A stretch of DNA of 64,000 nt from a virus, in the IMG/VR virus record IMGVR_UViG_3300032782_000006, positions 1 to 64,000 of that record. The stretch is one strand, 5' to 3'. Every line of letters begins with the position of its first letter. The first letter of the stretch is position 1. Under the pieces are notes generated by a model. The model was not told the DNA's origin. It did no database searches and worked only from the letters and a program-made list of their open reading frames with translations. Both the position numbers and the translations under genes were made by a program. Shown piece by piece: positions 1 through 11,600 of the stretch.

Positions 1-3000
1 AATCCCCGGCCAAGAGGTAACATTCCAGTAGCTCCTCTAAACGTTCCTCCAAACGATCCAAGACCACCGAACGAACCCATCCCGCCACCGAATGGATGAG
101 CTGTATGGAATGGAGACGCTATTCTACCACCAAAATGACCCCCACCACGTTCCCCATGATGCATTCCTGCAAGTAGTCCTGTGAGAGGGGAAAACTCAAA
201 TCCTCTTCCTCTCCCCCCCATTCCAACCATTCCCATTCCACCGAGGCCAAGCATTCCCAGCATGGAATAGAGACCAATTGGATCTAGCATTCCGCCAAGT
301 GAGCTTAATCCTAGTCCTCCAAACCCACCGTATCCCATTCCACCGCCGAGACCTCCGATTCCACCCATCCAGCCTCCTCCGCCGAATGGGCCGAATCCGC
401 CTAGTATACCATGGAATCCGAACCCGCTGACATCTCTTGCACCGCCTGGTTTGCCTAACAGATCTTTTAGATCTCCTCCTCCTTTTCCATGAGTTGCGGG
501 ACCTCGACCTGCTGCAGTTCTACCATCTCTTCCTTCTTTTTCACGTTCTGCCCGATCTCCTCTACCGTGACCTATTTCTCCTCTTCCTCTACCTCTTCCG
601 CCTTCTCTACCTCCTCTCTCTTCTCTGCCGTGCCAATGTTCTCTTCCCCTATCATGATCTCTTCCCCATCTTCCTCTTCCATGACCCCAGCCCCATCTCC
701 CCCTGCCGAATCCAAACATTCCAAATCCGCCTAGACCCATCAACCCCATTCCCCCACCGAGCAACATCTGGGCTAAGCTAACGATTCCCATCCCACCAAG
801 CAAACTCAATCCCATGAGTCCGCCCATCATACCTCCCATTCCTAGGAGTCCGAGCGGTCCCATCATTCCGCCAAATCCGAATCCTCCTCGTCCCCATCCA
901 AAGCCCATTCCATGTCTAAACATGTCATGACCTTCATGTCTCCCATGTTCTCTTCCACCTTCGTGTTCTCCCCCCCTTCCGTGACCTCTCCTACCTCCAT
1001 GATGATGTCTTCCCCATCTCCCCCATCTTCCCCATCCTCCAAGCCCCATCATCAAAGCTAAGAGACCTCCCATACCGCCAAACATCCCCATGCCGCCAAG
1101 ACCCATCATTCCGAGTCCGCCAAGTCCCATCATCCCAAATCCGAGACCTCCCATCAATCCAAGAGGTCCCAGCAATCCTCCCATCATGCCGAATGGACTA
1201 AACATTCCCCATCCTCTACCGTGATGATGATGTCCAAATCCATGCCTGCCATGAAGTCCACCCATACCCATTAGTAATCCGAGAGGCCCCAACATCCCTC
1301 CCATCATACCTAATCCGCCTAAACCACCGAGCAACCCTCCGAGACCCATCATCCCGCCTAAGAATCCTGGGAATCCCCATCTCCCGTGACCGAATCCGTG
1401 ACCTCCTCTCCCATGACCTTCGTGCCCGCGGCCATGTTCTCCATGTTCCCCGCCACCGCCTTCTCTTCCATGATGCCCACGGCGACCTCCATGATGTCTC
1501 CCGTGGTGATGTCTACCCCATCCAAACCCGAATCCACCGAGACCCATAAGTAATGGGAGCAGTCCCATCATACCCATTCCGAGGCCTCCCATCATGCCAA
1601 GAGGCCCTAATAGTCCTCCCATTAATCCTAATGGACCTAGCATACCTCCTAAGAATCCTGGGAATCCAAAACCGTGGTGATGATGATGATGTCCTCTATG
1701 TCCTCCTTCTCCGCCTCTACCATGTTCTCCTCTTTCTCTCCCCCCTCCTCTGCCGTGATGGCCGCCTCTACCGTGGTGATGCCTACCGAAATGATGCCAC
1801 CATCTCCCAAATCCTCCTAGACCCATGAGTAACGGTAGCAGACCCATCATACCCATTCCGAGGCCTCCCATCATGCCAAGAGGTCCTAATAGTCCTCCCA
1901 TCAATCCGAGTGGTCCCATCATACCCATTAATCCTAATGGGCCAAACATTCCTCCCATAAAGCCAGGGAATCCCCATCTCCCATGTCCGAATCCATGTTC
2001 GCCTCTCCCGTGACCTTCGTGTCCACGTCCACCGCGACCATGTTCTCCACCTCTTCCATGTTCCCCTCCATGTTCCCCTCCGTGTTCTCCTCCACCACGA
2101 CCTCCCATTCTGCCATGTTCTCCGTGGAATTCGCGACCAAATCTACCGTGTTCGCGTCCTCCTCGGTGTCTTCCTCCATGACGTTCATGACCTCCAAAAA
2201 TATCAGAGAATAATCTATGTAACCCTGGGATCCCTCCGAACATCCCAAGTCCACCTAACCCTCCAAGACCCAGTATGCCTAATAATCCAAGACCTCCAAG
2301 GCCTAAAGATCCCATCATTCCAAGAGGACCAAATCCTAGGCCAAGTACACCACCCCATCCACCTCTTCCATGTTCTCCTCGTTCCCCTCTTCCATGCCCT
2401 CCTCTCATACCTCCGCGATGTTCTCCTCCGCGTCCTCCCCCTTCTCCCCTGCCGTGATCTCCTCTTCCATGAGTAGCTCGGCCACCTTCATGACCCCCTC
2501 TACCTCCTCTTCCATGCCCTTCATGTCCATGGTGGTGACCATGATGGTGTCTTCCCCATCCGAATCTACCTAGGCCTAGGAGTAATGGTAATAATCCCAT
2601 CATACCTATGCCGCCCATCCCTAATAGGCCAAGAGGTCCAAGGAGACCGCCCATCATTCCGAAAGGCCCAAATAATCCTGGGAATCCAAAAACGTGATGA
2701 TGATGATGATGTCTCCCTCCCATACCTCCGTGATGTCCACCGTGTCCTTCATGACCTCCACGTCCTTCTCTTCCGCCGTGTCCTTCATGACCTCCGCCGT
2801 GACCTTCGTGTCCTCCTCTTCCCCCTCGGCCTCTTCCACCATGCATATGATGATGATGATGGAACTCACGCCCGAATCCGCCAAACAATCCTGGGAATCC
2901 GAATAATCCTCCCATGCCTCCAAGACCTAGGAGTCCAAGAGGTCCCATCATGCCAAGACCTCCCATCAACCCTAGTTCTTCAAGACCTAGAAGTCCAGGG

Positions 3001-5600
3001 AATCCTCCCCATCCGTGACCAAAGTGGTGTCTTCCTCCGTGTCCGCCACCGTGTCCTCCTCTTCCATGTCCTTCATGACCTCCTCTCCCGTGACCACCGT
3101 GTCCGCCTCTTCCGTGTCCTCCGTGATGATGTCTACCGAATAAATGACCTAATCTTCCTCGGCCAAATCCGAGTAACCCTAATCCAGGGAACCCTAACCC
3201 AAACCCACCTAGGCCTAACAACATTCCAAGTAGACCTAATCCTCCAAACTCTCCAAATTCTCCTCTTCCATGATGGTGTCTTCTATGATGTCTACCATGC
3301 CCTCTTCCATGTCCTTCGTGTCCTCCCCCATGACCTCTTCCGTGCCCACTTTCTCCACCTTCTCTTCCGTGTCCACTACCGCCGCCTCCTTCCCCTCCTT
3401 GTCCTTGCCCTCCACCTTCTCCGCCAGGTCCTCCTTGACCTCCTCCTGGCCCTCCTTCTCCACCAGGTCCACCTTGGCCGCCACCGGGACCTCCCATTTC
3501 TCCCCCTGGACCTCCACCCATACCGCCGCCTTCTCCGCCAGGCATTCCTCCACCCATACCTCCCATATCCCCTCCAGGTGCACCGCCTCCCATACCTCCG
3601 CCTCCATCTCCACCGGGCATACCTCCGCCCATACCACCCATATCTCCGCCAGGAGCTCCTCCCATTCCTCCTGACATGTCTCCACCGCCGCCCATACCTC
3701 CGGCTCCGCCCCCTCCAATTCCTTGATCCATCCCGCCGCCCATACCACCTTGTCCGCCTCCTTGTCCACCTTCTCCTCCTTGGCCTCCTCCACCGTGTCC
3801 TCCTTCCATTCCACCATGACCGCCTCTCCCATGCCCTCTATGTCCTCTGTGGCCGCCTCTCCCGTGTCCTCTGTGGTGTCTTCTATGATGAGGGAACCAG
3901 GGCAAAAACTCGTCATCAAGATCTCCGAATAAACCGAGTGGACCTAGTAAACCTCCCATCATTCCGAATGAACCTAGTCCTCCGTGTCCCCAACCTCTAC
4001 CGAATCCGAATGGGCCCCAATGTCCTCTACCACCAAATCCACCTCTACCCCTTCCTCCAAATCCTCCTCTTCCGTGTCCTCCTCTCCCGTGGCCTCCACC
4101 GTGCCTTCCTCTTCCCCATCCAAATCCACCGTGCCCGAATCCTCTTCCCCATCTGCCAAATCCTCCAAATCCGCGACCCCATCCTCCGAGACCCCAGAGT
4201 CCTCCCCCTCCCATCATCATAAGAAGTCCTAATAATCCTAGACCTCCTATGCCTCCTCCTGGTCCGCCTACATCGTCTCCATCATCGTCATCATCATCGT
4301 CATCGTCCCCCCCTCGACCATGTTTCCGACCTTTTTTGCCGTGTTTGCCACCTTTACCATGACCTCCTTGTCCTCCTCCTCCACCTTCTCCGCCAGGTCC
4401 TCCTTGACCTCCTCCTGGCCCTCCTTCTCCACCAGGTCCACCTTGGTCGCCACCGGGACCTCCCATTTCTCCCCCTGGTCCTCCTCCTCCAGGGCCACCC
4501 ATGTCTCCTCCTCCACCCATACCGCCCATATCTCCGCCTCCATCTCCACCAGGCATACCTCCGCCCATATCTCCACCTGGAGTTCCCCCCATATCTCCTC
4601 CACCGCCCATATCGCCCATATCTCCACCGGCTCCGCCTCCCATACCTGGATCCATGCCTCCGCCCATGCCTTGATCCATTCCACCACCCATTCCTCCTTG
4701 ATCCTGACCTCCGCCGCCGCCTCCCTGACCGCCTTGGCCTTGACCTTGATCCTGACCTCCGCTACCTCCTTGCCCGCCTCCACTTTTACCGCCTTGGCCT
4801 CCACCGTGTTTATGATGTTTCTTATGTTTTTTGTGGTGATGATGATGTTTTCTGTGGTGCCTGAATGGATCCCATTCGTCATCTAGATCTTCAAACATCC
4901 CCAACGGTCCTAGAAGACCTCCCATCATACCGAATGGCCCAAATCCGCCAAATCTACCTCTCTCAAACCCTCTTCCAAATCCGAATGGTCCCCATCCGCC
5001 TCTTCCACCTCTACCTCTACCACCAAATCTACCTCCAAATCCACCTCTGCCGTGCCCTCCTCTGCCGAATCCCCCTCTTCCTCCAAAGCCACCTCTACCA
5101 AATCCGAATCCTCTTCCTCCAAATCCTCTACCCCATCTTCCTAACCCTCCAAATCCACGACCCCAACCGCCGAGACCCCACATTCCAGGTAAAAATCCGA
5201 ATCGACCTCTACCCCTCATCATCATGAGAAGGGCTAGGAGACCAAGACCGCCTAATCCTGGACCAGGTCCCTGATCGTCTTCGTCTCCGTCATCATCGTC
5301 GTCTCCTCTTTTACCGTGCTTCCCTCTCTTTTTCTTTTTACTGCCTTTTCCACCACTGCCACTCTGATCTCCGCCCCCTCCTCCTCTTCCAGATCCTCCA
5401 CCACCGCTACCGCTACCATCATCTCCGCTACCACTTCCATCTCCTCCTGATCCATCGTCTCCTGGACCGCCTTGGCCTCCCCCCATTCCAGCGCCCATAT
5501 CTCCTGGACCACCGCTCATATCTCCTCCGGAGCCATCGCCCCCCTTGTCTCCTCCTGATCCATCGGGAGGTGCATCTCCCCAACCGTTATCTAAATCATT
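1..5600 (-). repeat. Gly-rich low-complexity coding region with internal duplications
   Basis: The + strand is extremely C-rich. Near-identical copies occur at ~3410-3510 and ~4380-4478, and similar copies at ~1540-1620 and ~1820-1900. Confidence 0.9.
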
Positions 5601-8600
5601 AGATCCAGTCCAAGCAGTACCTTCTGCTCCAGATCCATCAGATCCTGCGTCTGGAGATCCCCCTCCGCTACCATCAGGATTTTCATAAGTATCTGGAGAA
5701 GATTGAGACTCTGGCGGTTGATCTTGTAATTGTCCTTGCTCGTTACGATATCCACCGTTGTATGCTTGATCTTCGGGAGTATCAGCAGTGTACCCGGCAG
5801 CCCCTTCTCCAGTATCTCCAGCATTGTTCCCTAACTCATCTTGACCATACTGTTGTTGCTGCAACTGTTGCTGTAACTTCTGTTTTTGTTGTTTTTGCTT
5901 TTGCTGTTTCTGTTGGCGTGGCTTCTTTTGCTTCCTCTGTTTTCTTTGTCCACCACCACGACTTCTACTGCCTCTACCTGCGCCACTACCTCCTTTCCCA
6001 CTTCCACTACTACCTCTTTTATGTCTTCCCTTCTTCCCCTTCTTCCCCTTCTTTCCTAGATTGCCAAACATGCCACCTAGGTTACATTTTCCGCTAGCCA
6101 TGAGGTTTCTAGCCATTAACATACCTAATGGACCCATCCTCATTAGCATCAAAATTTGGAATAGACACATCATCCCCCCTAGAGGACTACCAGATCCGAC
6201 TCCAGTCTTTTTAGAACCGGCTAATTTGCCACCTGACCCGTCATCTCCTCCACTGCCACCACTACCACCGGTGCCACCTCCGCGACCACGACCACTTCTT
6301 CCGCTACCACCGCCCCCGCCTCCAGATCCAGTATCTCCTCCATATCCATCGTCTTCATATCCAGACCCGTCATCACCATAACCACTGTATCCTGATCCAT
6401 CATCACCATAGTTAGATCCATAACCAGAGCCATCATCTCCGTATCCACCACTGCCGTAGCCAGATCCATCATCATAAGATCCGGTATCTTGAGACTCTAC
6501 GTTTTCATAAGACTGATCTGGTGGAGTAGATTGAGTTCCAGCTTCTTGATCTGAATTGTCTTCATCAGTTCCAGTTTGAGATGATCCAGAACCACCGCTA
6601 CCAGAACTTCTACCTCCACTTCCACCAGATTCTTCAGAGGAAGAAGCCGCATGTGATGCAGCACTCGCTTTGTCTTTATAAGACTGGCAAGCTTTATCAT
6701 TCGCAGCACAAGTCTTGTTACATGAAGATTCGCAACTGCTAGCACAAGATTTATCCGATTGAGAACATCTGTTGTTACATTTTTCAGCAGTACTTGCTTT
6801 TTTCTCGTAAGATTCTATGACTTTATTGTTTGCATCTACTACAGACTTCCCAGAATCAGACGCTTTTTTGTTAGCATCTTCTGTAGCTTTCCCAACTTTA
6901 TTCTCATTTTCAATAATTTTGCTAGTGGTAGACGAGTTTGACGATAAAATAGTCCCATTATGGGTTTTCACAGTTTCAGTAATCTTGTTGTAAGCGGTAT
7001 TGACTCCGTTACTTACCTCGTTCCACTGTTTTTGAGACGTTTTTGCAAACTGATCATGAGTTTTGTTGATTTCATCTAATTGTTTTTTAGCAGAATCAGA
7101 AACTGCACCCACTACTTGAGAAGACATCTGTTTTTTAGAATTAAGAATATGACCGTCCGTAGTTTTAACATCGGAGACCATCTTCTCATTTGAAACCTTG
7201 AATCCGTTTACTACTTCATCCCAAGTAGTTTTTGCTACTCGTTTTACATCTCCAAGCTCGTTTTTATAATTTTCAATTAAAGTTTTAGCATCAGATGGAA
7301 CCCCTTCAGTAGCACCTTTTGGAGCTTCCTGACCCCCAGTTCTAGATCCATATCCAAACTGGTATTGATCTCTAAAACCAGATGGTCCTTGTTGGTACCT
7401 ACCAGAATCATAGCCTGTAGAGTACCCAGACCCTATTCCAGTACCTCTATATCCACGTCCACCATACCCTACATTATCGAAATAGTTTCCATCTTGATCA
7501 ATTTCGTTGCCTTGATCATCGTAATATTTTCCGTCGGTTCCACGATATGGGGTTCCGTGATATCTTTGCCCTCTTCCTCCCCATCCATCACCTGCGCCTG
7601 TACTTCCCCAATCTCCCATTCTTCTTCGATGTTTTCTGGAACCACTGCCTCCAGCTGGCATCCATTTCCCAGTTTTGGAATAATGGCCTCCATAATCTTG
7701 ATCTTGAAGATCTTTTATATTCGTGATTTGACCATATTTATTATAATGAGGGTAGGGGTCATCAGATTTTCTGAAATTTGGATTGATACTTCCATCTGGA
7801 AGATACTGGTTTTCTGCAATCCATTCATTGTATTCCTGATTATCTCTATCTAGACCAGAATCTTTTTTACTTCCTTTATGATGAGAAGGAGGCAACCCAT
7901 GTTCTCTTAAATCTTGATCACCATATGGATCCCAAGGACTTTTTGTGGGAGAATAATGAGTCCATTTCCCTGTCTTTAGATTTTGGTGCCATCCTTTTTT
8001 ATCAGCCCCCATCTCTACAGGGCCATATGGAGTTTCATGATGCCCTTTTCCCTTAGAAGTAGGGACTTTGGCACCGTGTTGTCTATAATAATCTTCATTA
8101 ATTCCAGACGAATACTCAGACGAAACTTGTTTTGGAAGTTTATGTTCATTACCGTATTTATCACGGTAATACATCTCTCCATCAGCACCAACATAAGCAT
8201 GAGCAGCATGTTCCGCACTGGCTTGACCGGCGTGATGTCTCCCCCCTCCTCCTCCTCTTCCAGGATGTTCCTTCTCAAGTTGTGCTATTTGGTCGGGAGT
8301 CATCCCGATTTTGGATAATAAACTTTCATCATATCCAGATTTGGTAAATGGTGATTTCGGAATTGTAGCTCCATGCCAATCCCCAGTACCAGATTTTCCC
8401 ATTAACTCACGAGTATATGGATTATATGCATATTGTTTGCTATGCCCTCCGCCTTTATGCCCCTGATGTAAATTCTTTTTATTTTGTTCCGCGATCATGC
8501 GGTTGATTTCACTTGCTGGAACCCCTGCCTCCTGCAATTCTTTTACATTATAGCCAGTAGGATCATTGGGGTCATATTCAATATTTGCTCCAGTCCAACC

Positions 8601-11600
8601 GCCATCTTTTTTAGATTTGACTAGTTTATGTGCCCCTTTATCCCATCTATAATTAGCATGACCTTTTTCACCATCCCCTCCTTTCCATGCAGGTACTGTA
8701 CTCCAATCTATATCTTCAGTAGTTTGTGCCTCTCCTGGTTTTCGAGGTGGTGGGGCTTTAATCCCTTTTCCTCCACCGCCACTAGTTCCGCCTGCTGATA
8801 ATCCTGCAGTATGGATAGATGGTGATTCTCCAGATGGGGGTGTTACCCCTGTAGTTCCATATCCTGAGAGGTCTATTTTTGGGACTAAGCTAATATCTCC
8901 AACTGAAATCGGTGGGGAAGTAGTAGTCGGAGCTGGAGTAGTTGGAGCTGAGGTAGTTGTAGTTGTAGGTGTGGATCCAGGCGTTGGCGATACTGATCCA
9001 GTGTACCCTGATTTTTCTAGCTCTTGCATTTTTGCAAGATTCATAGCGTTTCTAATTTTTGGATCAGTTTTTTCAAGAGTAGCTGCAGAAGTGTTATCTA
9101 TACCAGAAGAAGAAACTGATTTGGGTTTAACATCATTTACAAAATTGCCTGAAGCTAACCCTTTAGAATAATTATCAGCCCATTCTACTTGTTTATCCAA
9201 CTGTTTATTCCGCTCTAAAGCAGCTTCATAATTCTTTTTTGCACCTTTTTGAGCATCGGTAAGTTCTGAATCTGGTTTAAGCGCAAATGAGTAGTCTGGA
9301 AGATTGTATTCTTTTTTATAATAATCTAAAGCATCTCCTCGACTTTTACCATATGTAGGACTGACTCCTTGAGCTTTTTTCACTATATCATCATGGGATT
9401 GATATTTACCTGGTGTGATGAGCCCCTTCCCATACAATTCATCCGAACTTAAAGCCTGAGCTCCGCCTCCAGACCCTCCTAACTTTTCTTTAAGGAACCC
9501 CGTGATTTTATCGAGTGCTCCTCCTCCGCCTCCACCACTGGTGGGAGCTGCAGTTGTTCCACCTGCTCCTGGTGTAGTAGCTCCCCCGCCTCCGCCTCCT
9601 CCTAATCCTGCGAGTGACTGTACTGAAGATTTGATTTCTCCTACTTTAGTATCTACTTGAGATTTGAGAGTCGATAACGCAGATGCAACTTTCCCAGGGA
9701 GACTGTTTAATGCTTCGATTAGTTTGTTGACGTAATCAATAATTTTGTTGATTTCTTCGCCTATCTTTTGTGCTAAACCATTAAAGAAATTTTTGACATT
9801 AGTAACAAATGTAGACGCTGCTTTTTGTGCTCCATCCCATGCTTCCCCAAATTTTTGAGCAACTTGAACTACACTCTCTTTTAAATGAGTCCAAACTTCG
9901 TCTAAATCATTTTTAGCAGTCTGGATTCCACCAACTAATGTAGTTTTAAACCCATTGACAATTTGTTCCCATAACGCTGTAACTTTATCTACAAGGTTTG
10001 TTTGGATAGATTCTCTAATCTCATTCCAAACTGTATTGAGAGTGTTCTTCGCATTTTGGATACCGGTTACCAGTTTAGTTTTAAATTCAGAAACTACAGT
10101 TTCCCATGCAGAAGACAACTTTGTTTTTAGAGTGTTAGCTTCAGTAACTAACGAATCCCATATCCCATGTAATTTTTCAGATGCCGCGTTCTTTAAGTTT
10201 GTGACAAACGTTTTAGCTGTGGAAACTACTTCATTAAATCTAGACTCTAATTTTGTTTTTAAGTTCCCTGCTTCAGTAACTATATAATCCCATAACCCTG
10301 TTACTTTCCCAACCGCTGCATCTTTCAGTCTAGACCCAAACTCTTTTACAGTATTTACAATCTCGTTAAATTTGGTAGTTAAACTTGTCTTTAAAGAATC
10401 AGCGTCTTTTGTCAACTGTTCTTTCAGTTTTTCAAAATAATCTATCTTTTGGTCTCCACCAGTAGACGCAGATGCTTTTGGCATCAAATCCGGCATAGAC
10501 GGGACCAATTTTTTAAGGGTATCTCCAAGTGAAATTCCAGAAATTTCTTTTTTAATAGATGCAAATGCGGTTCTCAACTTGTCCGGGATACCTTCAATAT
10601 ATTTGATCCCTTTATCTAACTCCCCAGGTAATTTTTCAAAATCTTTTTTAAGATCTGATAACGCAGTTTTGGTTTCTGGAGAATTCAATACTTTTTGTAA
10701 CCCTTCAAAAGCAGTTTTTAGTAACCCAAAATGTCCTGCAAGTGCTATAGCTCCTACAACAATAGCGCCGCCTGGACCTAAAAATACGGCTAATGCGCCT
10801 AGAGCTGTTGCAGCTAATCCTAGTTGAATAGCCCATTGTTGAGTTGGGTCATCTAATTTTTTGAAATAATCTGCCAACTTTTCTAGGTCTTTCATTAAAG
10901 GTTCAAGAGCAGGAACTACTTGTTTCCCAATAATGTCGGCTACTGAATGCATGTTGGCAAGAAACTTATCCATCCTGCCAGGATCGCTATCCATCACTTT
11001 GTTATATGCAGTATCTAAAGCCTGAGGATTTCCTTCTATTTTTTGTCGAAGTTGGGCAAGTCCTTGTTGACCTATACCTATTTTAGGATCTACCAAACCT
11101 ATAGCTGCACGTTCGTCAACTAAGCCGAACATGTCTTTATAATTAAAAGTTTTATCTTTATTTTCAGGTCTCCCCATCACATTTTGCATGTAACCGATGG
11201 CGCCTTCAAACCCTTGAGGATTCTCAGCTGGATCTACATATTTTGGATCCATTCCAAACCGTTTCATTTCATTCAAGGCAGGCTTAGGAGGTTCATGCAT
11301 TCTTGCATATATCCCTCGTACAAACCTCGCTCCTTGTTTTCCCCGTATACCTAACTTGGATTCCGCTGCGGTTACCGCTGCTTGAGTGCCTATTGGGATC
11401 CCTAATTGCCGTGCAACTAATGCTTGCTCGGCCATTGCATCTTCAGTCTCACTCGGAACTCCTGATCCTTCAATATTGGTAGCATATACCAAATTAAACA
11501 TTTTTTCAGAATTTTCCGCATTTACTGGTAAACCCAATGCCCCAAACATCCCTACATGTTTATTGATCAATTTACTTGCGTCTGGATGTTCTGGACTTGC

